DNA of 64,000 bases from Limisphaerales bacterium (GTDB taxonomy: Bacteria; Verrucomicrobiota; Verrucomicrobiia; Limisphaerales; SIBE01): the NCBI GenBank assembly GCA_044225505.1, contig JBGAIN010000001.1, positions 83,642 to 147,641 of the forward strand, in the 5' to 3' direction. Positions 53,147 through 63,919 of this stretch are shown piece after piece (the first letter of the stretch is position 1; each line of letters opens with the position of its first letter). Below the pieces are notes generated by a model. It saw nothing but the letters and a program-made list of their open reading frames with translations. It did not search any database and was not told the DNA's origin. A program made the position numbers and the translations under genes.

Positions 53147-55918
53147 GTGCACGTTATGAAGATCGCAGTATTTATCGGCCTGATATTGGGGATCGTCAGC
53201 CAGACGGCGGCCAAGCCGCTGAAAGTGTTCATCCTGGCCGGGCAGTCGAACATGCAGGGACATGCGAACGTGGCGACGCTCGATTCGATGGCCGACGATG
53301 CCAAGACGGCAACCCTCCTTGCAGAGATGCGCGACTCCGATGGCCGACCACGGGTATGTGAGAAGGTGTGGATTTCATCGGTCGGCTGCGCTGGCGATGG
53401 CTGGTCGGATGTCATTGAGCAGACGGGCAAGCTGACGACAGGCTTCGGCGCCTCGCCCGAGGAAATTGGCCCGGAATTTACGTTCGGTCTTTATCTGGAG
53501 AAGCAGCTCGACGAGCCGATCCTGCTTATCAAAACCTCCTGGGGCGGGCGGAGTTTGCATACCGATTTCCGTCCGCCCGGAGCCGGGCCATACGTGTGGA
53601 GTGACTTTGAATTGGCACGGTGCAAAGCACGGGGTGACGATTTAGAGAAAATAAAGGAAGAGAAGCTCAAAGACACCGGCGTTTTTTACCGTCACATGAT
53701 CGAGCATGTGCAGAAGGTGTTGTCGGACATCAAACGAGTCGTGCCTGAATATGATCCGAATCAAGGCTACGAGTTGTCCGGTTTCGTCTGGTTCCAAGGG
53801 TTTAACGATTTGGTCAGTGACTGGACGTATTCCCGGCAAGACGAGCCTGGGCAATACGACGTGTATGGGGCGCTCCTGGGACAGTTCATCCGCGATGTAC
53901 GCCGGGATCTTTCTGCGCCGAATCTGCCATTCGTGATTGGCATCATGGGGATTGGCGGCGTGAAAGCAGGGGAGAAACCCCCTCAGCAATCGTTTCGCAA
54001 GGCTCAGGTTGCACCCACGTTACTCCCTGAGTTTCAAGGCAACGTGCGAGCGGTGCCGACGGCGCCATTCTGGGACGACGAGTTGGACGCGTTGGAACAG
54101 CGAATGGAGAATTTGAATTTTAGGTTGGATCAGGAGGCTAAGAAAGATCCAAACCTTACCCAAACGGCAAGGGACTTGGCTCGCAGGAAAGCCGTGGCAG
54201 AAACTTTCACGGCGGAGGAGATGAAACGCCTGAAGGGCATCTCTAATGGAGGGTATCATTACCTCGGAGCCGCCAAGATTTTGGCGCCGATCGGCAAGGC
54301 TTTTGCCGAGGCGATAGTGGCATTCCAGAAGCCTCAGGATGGCGCGGCTGCGAATGCGGTCGACAAAGCTGGCCGGGTTACCTCGCATTCCGAAGGCCTG
54401 CACGGATACATAGGCTTCGGCCACGAGAAGCTTCCGCTTCACGGCGACTACAGTGCGGGCATGGGCTTCTACGCTGCGGTCTGGCCTCTGGTTGACCAGC
54501 CACTGTCCGACTTCCAGATCGGGCTTCCCAGTTCTTGGATCCAACCGGATAACTCCGACAACAAGGATAGGCCACTGGCGCCCGAAGGCACGCTCGCGCG
54601 GACCTGGAAGGAGCGGGGCCCAACCTGGGCCAGCGTTTTTCAAACCGTGGAGGGAGGGCTGGGCTATTGGGCTGGCAACCATTTCCGCTACGGGCCGCCG
54701 AAGTTTAGTATGAACGGAACTCCGCAATGTTATGACTATGAGGTCGGCTCGCCGGGTTGGTCATTCTTCTACAGCAACGAGGCTTTGCCAGATCATCGCC
54801 TTGGGATTGCGCAACTGAGCAATCGGCTGCTCATCCCTCCGGATGCGCTGCCGTTCCAGGGCCATCCCAACGGAGATTTCCTGGGCTATACCTGGATGGC
54901 GCTGCCGTTCACCGATCCTGATGGAAACGATCCGCCGACGGGTGACCAGAGCTGGACCTGCTTTCTTAGCGCCGCGAATTTCAAAGGTCCCATCGCTTAC
55001 TACATCCCCGAGACCTGGAGCAAAATTGGCAAACTGTTCAACTATCCTTTCTTGTTCGGCCGCGGTCTGGACGCGCGGCCTGGCATCATGGGCGGCGGCG
55101 CGATGGAGATTAACACGGTACCGCGCTTTGACGCCACCGACGCGCAAGGCACAACCTACTCAAAGTTGCCTAAGCTTCAGTGGCCGGTCGACGCGGAAGG
55201 TCGAGCGTTTCTCGTGCAGGACGTTACCTATTACTCGAAAGCGGCCCTCTACGACGCGTTCAAAAGCTGGCGCGACGGCGGCTCTACCTGCTCTGGACGG
55301 TTCGACGACAAAGGCGCTTTTAGGCCCAAGCTGAACACGCGTACTACTCACTATGATCAGGCCGGGAAAAAGATTGCTGGCGTTGAGCGGGCTTTCGATA
55401 CGCGCGTCTTCGAGGGTAATGTCTGGGGCCTGCAATGGTTCACCAACAACCTCAGCGCCCAAGGCCTGTTTCCTCAATATTACAAAGAGGTTGGCGGCGA
55501 ACGGGTCGCGGTGCCAGCGGCAGACGTGCCTTCCGAAACCCGGTTGCTGTCCCAGGAATTTGAGCTCGCAAAACCCGGCGAACCCTATACTTCGCCTAAC
55601 GCCGGCGCCTGGACTCGGCCCGGCCAGAAGGCGGGCCCATTTAAGGTAAAGCTCGTCGATGGATCGACGGTGACCTACTCCTGGTATCGCTTCGTGGACC
55701 AGCCTTCCTTCCAGCAATACAACTGGAGCGGAGAAAAGAAAGCGAAGCTACAGTCATTCGTGGAGAAGTTGCACGCCGACTGGCCCACGGACCGCGATTA
55801 TATGGTTGCCCCCACACGAGGCAAGCTGGTGGCGGTTGATCCCGCCCTGCTGGTAACGCCGCCTCCAGGCCTTGAAGTCGGTTACGTTCCCATCGTGACA
55901 CGACAATCTCGGGAGTGA
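53147..55918 (+). CDS. Secreted fusion: SASA-family (SGNH) carbohydrate acetylesterase + unrecognised ~500-aa domain
   Basis: ILAGQSNMQG, IGPEFTFG, IKTSWGG, VWFQGFND, SNGGYHY; from about residue 415 homologous to 45030-46754. Confidence 0.85.
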   Translation: MHVMKIAVFIGLILGIVSQTAAKPLKVFILAGQSNMQGHANVATLDSMADDAKTATLLAEMRDSDGRPRVCEKVWISSVGCAGDGWSDVIEQTGKLTTGFGASPEEIGPEFTFGLYLEKQLDEPILLIKTSWGGRSLHTDFRPPGAGPYVWSDFELARCKARGDDLEKIKEEKLKDTGVFYRHMIEHVQKVLSDIKRVVPEYDPNQGYELSGFVWFQGFNDLVSDWTYSRQDEPGQYDVYGALLGQFIRDVRRDLSAPNLPFVIGIMGIGGVKAGEKPPQQSFRKAQVAPTLLPEFQGNVRAVPTAPFWDDELDALEQRMENLNFRLDQEAKKDPNLTQTARDLARRKAVAETFTAEEMKRLKGISNGGYHYLGAAKILAPIGKAFAEAIVAFQKPQDGAAANAVDKAGRVTSHSEGLHGYIGFGHEKLPLHGDYSAGMGFYAAVWPLVDQPLSDFQIGLPSSWIQPDNSDNKDRPLAPEGTLARTWKERGPTWASVFQTVEGGLGYWAGNHFRYGPPKFSMNGTPQCYDYEVGSPGWSFFYSNEALPDHRLGIAQLSNRLLIPPDALPFQGHPNGDFLGYTWMALPFTDPDGNDPPTGDQSWTCFLSAANFKGPIAYYIPETWSKIGKLFNYPFLFGRGLDARPGIMGGGAMEINTVPRFDATDAQGTTYSKLPKLQWPVDAEGRAFLVQDVTYYSKAALYDAFKSWRDGGSTCSGRFDDKGAFRPKLNTRTTHYDQAGKKIAGVERAFDTRVFEGNVWGLQWFTNNLSAQGLFPQYYKEVGGERVAVPAADVPSETRLLSQEFELAKPGEPYTSPNAGAWTRPGQKAGPFKVKLVDGSTVTYSWYRFVDQPSFQQYNWSGEKKAKLQSFVEKLHADWPTDRDYMVAPTRGKLVAVDPALLVTPPPGLEVGYVPIVTRQSRE

Positions 55919-56190
55919 CTTCCAGAGCCGCAAAGAGGGACGGCGAGTTGCCTTTTTCGAGACTATCGATGAGATCGAGGATCTAGCTGGCTTTCTCAAT
56001 TTCATGAGCTGGTCGCATAACCACACCAACGAGATTATGCGCAGTCCTGTTTACAAGAGAACCGGTGCGATCAAGCAGCGCCGGTTGCAATCAAACTCAC
56101 CCGATGCAATCGTCGGAATCTGGTTCCCCGGCGAGAATGGGGGAACTCCTTTGTTCATCAGGACCGCCGCCTGGCCACATCCGATAGTGC

Positions 56191-59121
56191 CTAGAAGTCG
56201 TAAGCGAAAGTAAGGGCGAAACCGCGACCCTTAGTGAATGACGAATACAGTTCCGTGCCGTTCTCGCCGTAAGTCCGTTCGATTTTTGGATTGAGAAGAT
56301 TCTTGGCCGCAAACTTAACCGTCATGTGTTCCTTGACTTTCTGCGACAGAACAAAATCGAGAGTGGGGGCAGGTTGCTCGTAAACGTCTTCTGAGTTCAG
56401 GCTCGCGATACTGACCCGGGCTCCGGAAACGTTGAAAATAAGCGAGGCGGTGGTGCCGACTCGCGGATTGCTATAACTGAGGTCGAGGTTCAGGATATAA
56501 GGCGACTGGTCGTAGAGTGACCGGGTCGCTTTCGTGCCGGGTAGGAATCGTTTTTTGTTGATCAGTTCTTCTGCGGTCAATTCCACTTCCGATTGGACGA
56601 TGGAAAGGTTGCCACCAAGGCTGAAATCTTTCAGGGGTTCACCAAAGAAGTCCAAGTTCTTGCGGGCTTCGAGTTCCAGGCCGTAAAGTTTGGCGGTCGG
56701 CCGGTTGATGAAAGAGATTTGTTCGGCATCGACTTTGAGATAGCGACGTTCGATCGCGTTTTTGAGATCCTTGTAAAAGAGGCTGAAGCTAAGCAGTTCG
56801 CCGGGCCGGAAAAACCATTCCCATCGGGCGTCGTAGTTGTCGATCGAACTCATGACCAGTTGTGGATTGCCATCCAGCATGTCGTCCAGGACCGGGTCAT
56901 AGCTGAAATAGCCGGCGAGCTCACGGAATGTCGGGCGGGCAATGGTTTGACTATAGTTCAGCCGCACGTTCATGTTTGGGGTGACGTTGTAGATCAGCCC
57001 GGCACTCGGTAGAACGTCCGACTGGGTGAGCTTCACGTTGTTGGTGGGAGATCCGGTCACGCTGTTCGCGCGGTAACTGCGAGAACTGACCTCTAGATCG
57101 GTGGTTTCAAAACGGGCGCCACCGACGAGGCGCACTTTTTCAACAATGGGCAACTCGAGCATGAGATAACCGGCTTGCACGTCCAGCCGCCCGTTGTAAG
57201 CACTGCTGCGGGTTTGAACGTTCCGGTTCCAGATATAGCTCAAGCTGTTTAGGTTCGTGCGAACATCGTAAATCTGACGCAGGATTTCGTCCGTCAAGTA
57301 GGCGTTTGGATCGGAGAAGTAAGGCGCATCTCCTTCGTAGTAGATTTCTCGATCGAGAAATGTGCGTTCGGAATGACTATCATAGAGCCCGAACTTCACG
57401 TTGCCTTCTGCGTCCGTCCAATGATGGAATGGAACCGTCCAATCCAGTTTGATATTTCGATTATCTTCTTGCAGGTCGCGAAAATAGCGCGTGGGGTTCT
57501 GCGGATCGGGAAGACTGTTGGCACCGGTTTCATAAGGTCCACCATGACTGAAATCGTTGAAGAATCGAACGTCCGGCTCTTCCTGGCTCGTTCCGGTAAG
57601 AGCCACCAGCCAATCAAACTTGATATTCGCCACGTCGGGAAACAAATGGCTGCCCTTGATTTGATACGTGTTCAAGTTCCGCTCGGTGTAATAAAGCCGG
57701 AACTGACGGAACGTGGCGCCGGTATCTTCGCTCCGAACGCCTTCATCCTGGACGCGCGCTTCGTCGCTTCCGTTCTGGTTGTAGAGAAACGTGAAGTCAA
57801 GTTCGTGATTTTCGAACGGTTTGTAAGCGAGGTTGACCATTCCGTCCCAGTTCACAGTGCTAACCGATCTGGCGTCGCGAAAGAAACTACGTTCCACGAT
57901 TTGTCCCGACGGCAGACTCGCTTGCCGGCGGGAGATCCCGTTTTCGTAAGAGGAGAAATCATGCTTGTAGGTCACACCGGCAAAGTATCCAAACGGCCTT
58001 TGGAAAATGTTTGTCGAACCGCCCATGGCGAAGGAGAAATTGTGGTCCGGAGGCGGCGCTTCGTGGGAGGGTGCGAACTGGGTTGGACCAAGAGCACGCG
58101 TCGCTTGGACGATCTGGTCGACTTGCGCCTGCACCGCCGGATCGTAATTTGGGCGACCTGGGCGTCCGTTTCGCGCGGGAGGAGATGGGACGGCGTCTTT
58201 CGCCTCCCCCGCCAGTTCCCGGTTGCCGTCGTCCATAGCAAACCAATCAAGCCCGCCGCCCTTGTAGCTTAAGAAACCATTGTTCAGAGTGGACTGCGTG
58301 TTGAATCCGCCTCCCAACGAGAGGGAGAAGAACGGTTTTTCGGGAAACGACTTGGTAACGATATCGATGCCTCCGCCTGTAAATGTTCCTGGCTGATCCG
58401 GAGTGAAGGTCTTCGCCACCACGACGCGGTCGATCACCTGGGAAGGGAACATATCCAGGGAAGCAGACTGCCGGTAAGGGTCGGCGGAGGGAATACTCGC
58501 GCCATTCAAGGTCGTGGTGACGTAACGGTCGTTGAGGCCGCGAATGACGGCGAATTTTCCTTCGACAACGGCCGCGCCGGAGACTTTGGCGATCGATTCG
58601 GCCGCGTTGCCAGCCCCCACCCGTGAGAGGAAGTCCGATCCTAGTGCCTCCATCATCACGACTGACTTTTGACGTTCCACCAGGATCTTCTCCGTCTGTT
58701 CCGTGAACTCCTCGGCGGTGACCGAGAATTCTTCCATGTCGTAAAACTCAGGCCGGACATTCCCATTGACGGTCGTCATTTGGCCGGGAACGACTCGAAC
58801 ATCGGTGACGGTCGCGGTGGCGAAGCCCGGCTTCGAAAAGCGCAAAACCTGGTCTCCCGCAGGAACGTTGGCGAGTTGATAGCGGCCGTTTGCATCCGAA
58901 CTCGCGGCGAGCGTTGTTCCTCGGACGGTGACCACCACACCTGGAATCGGGCTGCCATCCCAGGTGCTCACCACCACGCCGGAAACCGTCCCGGCTTCCT
59001 GCGCCGTCGCCGCACGAAGCGACGCGAAAACAAGGACCATGAAAAAGAGAAGGTTCCTTAGACCGAGGCCCGTTCGGGTTCCGGCCAGTGACCGCCCTAC
59101 GACAACATTGAAAAAGGTCAT
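56191..59121 (-). CDS. TonB-dependent receptor with N-terminal carboxypeptidase-regulatory-like domain
   Basis: GTVSGVV...SDANGRYQL, IRGLNDRY, KTFTPDQPG, TIARPTFREL, NYDARWEWF; ends in Phe (FAYDF). Confidence 0.93.
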   Translation of the reverse strand: MTFFNVVVGRSLAGTRTGLGLRNLLFFMVLVFASLRAATAQEAGTVSGVVVSTWDGSPIPGVVVTVRGTTLAASSDANGRYQLANVPAGDQVLRFSKPGFATATVTDVRVVPGQMTTVNGNVRPEFYDMEEFSVTAEEFTEQTEKILVERQKSVVMMEALGSDFLSRVGAGNAAESIAKVSGAAVVEGKFAVIRGLNDRYVTTTLNGASIPSADPYRQSASLDMFPSQVIDRVVVAKTFTPDQPGTFTGGGIDIVTKSFPEKPFFSLSLGGGFNTQSTLNNGFLSYKGGGLDWFAMDDGNRELAGEAKDAVPSPPARNGRPGRPNYDPAVQAQVDQIVQATRALGPTQFAPSHEAPPPDHNFSFAMGGSTNIFQRPFGYFAGVTYKHDFSSYENGISRRQASLPSGQIVERSFFRDARSVSTVNWDGMVNLAYKPFENHELDFTFLYNQNGSDEARVQDEGVRSEDTGATFRQFRLYYTERNLNTYQIKGSHLFPDVANIKFDWLVALTGTSQEEPDVRFFNDFSHGGPYETGANSLPDPQNPTRYFRDLQEDNRNIKLDWTVPFHHWTDAEGNVKFGLYDSHSERTFLDREIYYEGDAPYFSDPNAYLTDEILRQIYDVRTNLNSLSYIWNRNVQTRSSAYNGRLDVQAGYLMLELPIVEKVRLVGGARFETTDLEVSSRSYRANSVTGSPTNNVKLTQSDVLPSAGLIYNVTPNMNVRLNYSQTIARPTFRELAGYFSYDPVLDDMLDGNPQLVMSSIDNYDARWEWFFRPGELLSFSLFYKDLKNAIERRYLKVDAEQISFINRPTAKLYGLELEARKNLDFFGEPLKDFSLGGNLSIVQSEVELTAEELINKKRFLPGTKATRSLYDQSPYILNLDLSYSNPRVGTTASLIFNVSGARVSIASLNSEDVYEQPAPTLDFVLSQKVKEHMTVKFAAKNLLNPKIERTYGENGTELYSSFTKGRGFALTFAYDF

Positions 59122-59130
59122 GGAGAGCGA

Positions 59131-60690
59131 TCAGGACCGCCCGGAAAGGGCCAGTTGCTCCACTTTTTCCAGGTAGCGCTGGACATTGTCGCGCGGTTTG
59201 ACCTTCTGAGCCCGCTTCAAAATCTCCACCGCTCGCGCATACTTGCGATTTTGAACCCACAACTGAGCTTGCTTCACGAAGGCATCGGCCTGGAACGCCT
59301 CGATCTTGGAAGCAACGTCGTAGCGGAATTCCGCTTTTTCGGGCTGCGCGTTGCGCGCGTAATAGTCTCCCGCCAAGAGGAGTGCTTCGCCATCGAGCGG
59401 ATCTTTCTGGATAATCTCCTCCAGAGTCTGGATCGCCTTTTCGCCTTCTCCAGTTCCCATGGCGACTTTGGACTCTAGCTTGAGCAGCTTGAGTTCATCA
59501 GTTGTGTTCAAACCGCCAGTCACACTGCGAATCTTGGCGAACAGCGCCTTGGCTTCTGGCCATGCACCCCGGCTGACCAGAATCTGCGCAGGCCGGAGGG
59601 CTTTCGTGAGATTCTGCCCGGCATCGCGATCGATGGCTTCCAAATAGCTGGCCAGAGCCAAGTCGCGAATTTCTTGGGACATGTAAAGATCTCCAAGCAG
59701 GAAAAGAGTTTGGGGAGTGGCTTTGCCCAGGCGCCGCAACATCTCTAGGTTGATCGCGGCTTTGCCTGGCTGTTCCTTCTGGATGTAAATGTTCGCTCGG
59801 AGCGTCCAGAGATTCTCGCGATCTGAGTATTGCTGGACCATTTCGTCCAGCAGCACCAGGGCTTCATCGTACTTGGCCGTGGCAACGGAGCACTTGACCC
59901 AGCCAAGTTTGAAATCAACATTTTCAGGTTCAAGGACAACCGCCTGGCGATAGGCTCCTTCAGCGGAAGCGTAACGTCCCAGGTTCATGTAGGCGAAACC
60001 GAGCAAGCCAAAGACTCTTCCATCGGCGCCCCCTTGAGTGATGGTCCGAGTCAAAGGCTTAATCGCGTCCTCATACTTGCCATCGCGAATCAGGGCAAAG
60101 CCAAGATTTTTCTGTGCGCGACGGAAGTCAGGGAACTTCACCAAGGCTGCTTCGAATTGCTTCACCGCGTTCGTCAGGTCACCGTTTTCGAACTGGAGCG
60201 TTCCGAGTAGGTAGTCAAATTGCGCGCTGCTTTCGGGCTTGACCCGAGACTGCACCAGACTCATCGCTTTGGCGCGATCGTTCGCGAGCAGCGGTTTGAG
60301 CTTCTCGTTGTAAAACTGTTGTTCTTCCGGGTTCATGCGCGGCTCGGCGTCTGAGAGGAATCCGTAGCTCCCTGCCAGGCGGCGCGCGAACTCGGGATCG
60401 TTCCAGAGACTCGCGATGGGACTATCCGCGGGTGCGGGAGCGAAGCTGGTTGCCGATGGAACCGCCGCCCTCGCCGCGGCTGCTGCCGGATCCAACTTGC
60501 TCGCCTCTTGAGCTTTCTGCCGCGAGGCCGCTTCCACCGGGGAGAGACTGCTGCAAAGCGTGAGTGCAATGAGAGCTACCCACCAGCGCTCCGACCGAAC
60601 GTGACCGGGCTGGAAAGAGGCCAAAGAGCAGCTTTCCGCTCGTGGCGGAAGGGTTCCAGAGAGGTATTTGAGCTTTCGTGGGGTCTGCAT
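59131..60690 (-). CDS. Tetratricopeptide repeat protein (periplasmic)
   Basis: TPR-like helices (FDYLLGTL..AVKQFEAAL.KFPDFRRA, LLGFAY..AEGAY); located in the TonB operon. Confidence 0.85.
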   Translation of the reverse strand: MQTPRKLKYLSGTLPPRAESCSLASFQPGHVRSERWWVALIALTLCSSLSPVEAASRQKAQEASKLDPAAAAARAAVPSATSFAPAPADSPIASLWNDPEFARRLAGSYGFLSDAEPRMNPEEQQFYNEKLKPLLANDRAKAMSLVQSRVKPESSAQFDYLLGTLQFENGDLTNAVKQFEAALVKFPDFRRAQKNLGFALIRDGKYEDAIKPLTRTITQGGADGRVFGLLGFAYMNLGRYASAEGAYRQAVVLEPENVDFKLGWVKCSVATAKYDEALVLLDEMVQQYSDRENLWTLRANIYIQKEQPGKAAINLEMLRRLGKATPQTLFLLGDLYMSQEIRDLALASYLEAIDRDAGQNLTKALRPAQILVSRGAWPEAKALFAKIRSVTGGLNTTDELKLLKLESKVAMGTGEGEKAIQTLEEIIQKDPLDGEALLLAGDYYARNAQPEKAEFRYDVASKIEAFQADAFVKQAQLWVQNRKYARAVEILKRAQKVKPRDNVQRYLEKVEQLALSGRS

Positions 60691-60715
60691 GGGATCGAAG
60701 AGGGGGTAAAAGAAG

Positions 60716-61375
60716 TTACCCAGAAATATTAAAGCGCAAGGGTTGACGCACATAGGTGCGCACGGGATGTCCGTCCTTCATGCCAGGACGAAACTTCCAC
60801 CGTCGGACGGCTTCCAGGGCTGGTTTCTCGAACTCTGGTCGTGAAGAGTTTTCGACTCGAGGATCCTCAACTCGTCCGTCTTCGCCTAAAACAAAGATGA
60901 CGGTCACGACCCCTTCGATCTTTGCTTTGCGAAGCTCCGCAGGGTAAGCGGGAGGCGTTTGAGAAATGGGCTCCGGCCGTTTTTCAAGATCGGAGACGTC
61001 AAATGCGTCTTGTTGGACTTCGCGTGGGCCAGCGCCGGAGCGGAGATCTCCAAACCCAGCCAGTGCTCCGCCAGATCCGGCGGCAACTTCGAGGTCAGCA
61101 CTGAGCGGAATCTGCTGCGGCGTGTCCGCCAGCTGAGGATCGGCAGGCGCTTCCGGCGGTTTGTCCTGTTCCGGAGGCGGGGGCGCTTCCTGCTCAGGGG
61201 GCGGGGGAGGCAGTTCGGCGGCAGACGTCTTTCGCAGTTCGAGAGTGCGCTCGGGTTTGGCGATCCGATGGGCAAACGGCAGGACCGCAAACAGAGTGGC
61301 TGTCAAGCCTACGGAGGCGCAGATGGCGACCGCCAGCCCAACGGAACTTCCCTCTGCTTGATAGACTTTCCGCAT
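60716..61375 (-). CDS. tonB: Energy transducer TonB
   Basis: N-terminal TM helix, Pro-rich linker, PAYP..GVV...DGRV...WKFRPG C-terminal domain. Confidence 0.9.
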   Translation of the reverse strand: MRKVYQAEGSSVGLAVAICASVGLTATLFAVLPFAHRIAKPERTLELRKTSAAELPPPPPEQEAPPPPEQDKPPEAPADPQLADTPQQIPLSADLEVAAGSGGALAGFGDLRSGAGPREVQQDAFDVSDLEKRPEPISQTPPAYPAELRKAKIEGVVTVIFVLGEDGRVEDPRVENSSRPEFEKPALEAVRRWKFRPGMKDGHPVRTYVRQPLRFNISG

Positions 61376-61386
61376 GAAGCCCTGGA

Positions 61387-61791
61387 TCAGCTGCGGTCCG
61401 TCGCGAGACTCACATCCTTGGCGCCGCCCAGCTTGGCCTCGTCAATAACGCGAACCACGATGCCGGAAAAAGACTTCTGATCCGCTTGGATGACCACCGG
61501 TAGCGGCTCTTTCGCGCAAAGCCGTTTCACCGTGGGACGGACCCCACCAAGCCCGATCTCTTTCCCGCCGTAAGCGATCTTACCGTCTCCAGTCACCGCA
61601 AAAATGATGCTGTTCTTCTCGACCTGACGGGCACTGGCGGCCTGGGGCTTGTCGACCTGGACGCCCGGTTCTTCGATGAAACTTGTCGTCGAGACGAAGA
61701 AGATCAGGAGAAACATGATAACGTCGATGAGCGGAATCAGATTCAGCTCGATCGGTTCTTCTGGCTCCGCCAAGGTGCGTCGAAATCTCAT
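61387..61791 (-). CDS. exbD: Biopolymer transporter ExbD
   Basis: LNLIPLIDVIMFLLIFF, VIQAD. Confidence 0.92.
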   Translation of the reverse strand: MRFRRTLAEPEEPIELNLIPLIDVIMFLLIFFVSTTSFIEEPGVQVDKPQAASARQVEKNSIIFAVTGDGKIAYGGKEIGLGGVRPTVKRLCAKEPLPVVIQADQKSFSGIVVRVIDEAKLGGAKDVSLATDRS

Positions 61792-62474
61792 ACGGCCAGC
61801 GGTTCGACGAATAGTTCAGAAGTGGCGGAGGCTGCAGATTGAGCCGGTCCGGCTTCGGGAGTTACCGACGTACGACGCGGGCGGAACTGGAAGCGGAAAT
61901 GCCGGAGGGTGATCCCTTCAAGTCGTGCCAGGAACCCGGTATATTCATTCCGCCAGCGTTTGGCTAAGAAGGCCATGACCAATCCAGGGATGGCCACCAT
62001 CATTCCGGTCTGCGTGGAAACGAGCGCTTCGCTAATACCGCGCGCGATCACATCGGAGGTTGAGCTTCCTCCAACGCCGATGGCGCGGAAGGTCAATAAC
62101 ATCCCTAACACGGTGCCGAGTAGACCAAAGAGAGGCGCTGCCACGACCAGAACGTTCACAAACGCCAGGCGCCGATCAATCTCCGAGACAGTGGCCGCTT
62201 CTACTTCCCTGAACCGTCCCTCAATCTCGCGAAGAATTCGGACTTCGTCTTGCGTGTACCGGATTAATTCCCGCAGCCTCCGAGGCGCTTCGTCTGGCTG
62301 AGTTACCCAATGGCGCAGTTGAATATCCGACACCTTGCTCAAGCCGCGGTGATAGAGCTGAACGAGTAAATGCGCTGCCGACGCATAAGTCACTAAGGCC
62401 AGCAGTGCCAGGGCTCCAAGAACCCATCCTCCGTTATGCCATGTATGCCAGGTCTCTTCTAAGAACGATTGCAT
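61788..62474 (-). CDS. exbB: MotA/TolQ/ExbB proton channel protein
   Basis: APLFGLLGTVLGM, GISEALVSTQTG. Confidence 0.9.
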   Translation of the reverse strand: MQSFLEETWHTWHNGGWVLGALALLALVTYASAAHLLVQLYHRGLSKVSDIQLRHWVTQPDEAPRRLRELIRYTQDEVRILREIEGRFREVEAATVSEIDRRLAFVNVLVVAAPLFGLLGTVLGMLLTFRAIGVGGSSTSDVIARGISEALVSTQTGMMVAIPGLVMAFLAKRWRNEYTGFLARLEGITLRHFRFQFRPRRTSVTPEAGPAQSAASATSELFVEPLAV

Positions 62475-62492
62475 AGTTCCTCCAGGTTTAAT

Positions 62493-63919
62493 TCAAGCGA
62501 ACGTCTTCTCTTGATCGGGCACGCCGTTGACAAAGCCGACGGCCGTTTTCTCCATGCCACCAATGATTCCTTTGGCTTTTCGGCTCAAGAAAGCATGGAA
62601 GAGCAGGGCGGGAATGGCCACCGCCATGCCGGTGGCAGTGCAAATAAGCGCTTCCGAAATCCCAGCTGCCAACAGCTTCGGATCGCCACTCCCAAAGCTG
62701 GAAATCATTTTGAAGGTCGAGATCATGCCCATGACAGTGCCGAGCAGCCCCATCAAGGGACCAGTCGTGGCAGCCAACGCCAGGAACGGAATTCCACGCT
62801 CGAGCCGAATCCGGGCACCGAGCATCTTTTCGTAGAGGACTTCTTCGATATACTCCTTCTTTTCAGACGCATGTTCGATAGCCGTGGCCAGGAGATCCCC
62901 CGCCATTCCCGGGACAGCACGTGCCACATCTAACGCTTTTTGGCCGTGGCCGGCTTCCAGGTGCTGCAGGGCCTTTTGGAGCTCCGTTTCTGCGATCAAC
63001 GGAATCCGGGAGAGTTGCACCCACTTCAGTGCCGCGATGATCAATGAAGCGACGCCGAGTCCTAGGAGGGGAATCATGATCAATCCCCTTTAGCCAGGCG
63101 CTCGTAAAGACTCTCTTGCAAAGCGGCGAGCTTGAACGCGTTTCCGAGTGTTGGGTCTAACGGAAGCTGGCCCGAACCGGTCGTCACCAAACTGCGGGCG
63201 GCGTCCACGAGCGCTCGATCCGCAGCCATGACCGTCGGATCGGCTTTGTTCAATTCCTGTTGTAGCAGGCCAGCAACGGTACTCGAGGAGCCGGCAAATA
63301 CCGCGACCGGCCCCACGAGCGCAACCTTCCCCGATTGAACCAATCCTTGGCGGTCCAAAGCTTTGCCCTCAAAGATCTCACCGCCGAGAGCCCCTTCACC
63401 TCGGCCCAGCGCCGTGCGTAGTAAATCAAAGCGTTGTGTAAACTTGGCGGTCGGAGAAAGGTCCGGTGCGGACGCGGCCTTTTCTGCCGCGTCGAAAACG
63501 GTCTTGTAGCGTGGTTCCTCAATGAAGCTGATGCGGGAGCGGAAAGACCGGGCATATTCGGTCAGCAAGGATTCCACGTAGCGGGTCTCCTCTGACTGTC
63601 GTTTCGCCTCGCCTTTCAACGCATTCAATTCGACGAGTTGGTTTTCTTGAAAACGCTGGGCCTTCGCCAATTCCGCGCGTTGAGAAATCAGTTTTTGTTC
63701 GAGTTCGTTCACTTGCCGGGCCAGTTGGACGCGTTCCCCTTCAACTTGTTGACGGAGAGTCGCCAATTCAGCCAAGGACTTCTTAAGATCTGCGCTCGCT
63801 CCCGAAGCAACGGCGTCTGCGTCAGCGGCATGGAGCGCTACCGGCGCGGCGACGAGCACGGCTAGAAGTATCTTCTTAGTGAGAATCATGGCAGAAACCG
63901 CTTGTTTGGCTTGGCTCAT
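62493..63919 (-). pseudogene. Long ExbB (TtpC-like; coiled coil + MotA/TolQ/ExbB domain) split by a 1-nt frameshift
   Basis: 63080-63919 ends ERLAKGD*; 62493-63083 begins IMIPLLG...GLLGTV...GISEAL. One extra G in the run at 63085-63088 gives continuous ...LAKGGLIMIPLL. Confidence 0.85.

Noticed and set aside
57373..58272. 299-aa plus-strand ORF
   Set aside because: Antisense to the TonB-dependent receptor; no independent signal.
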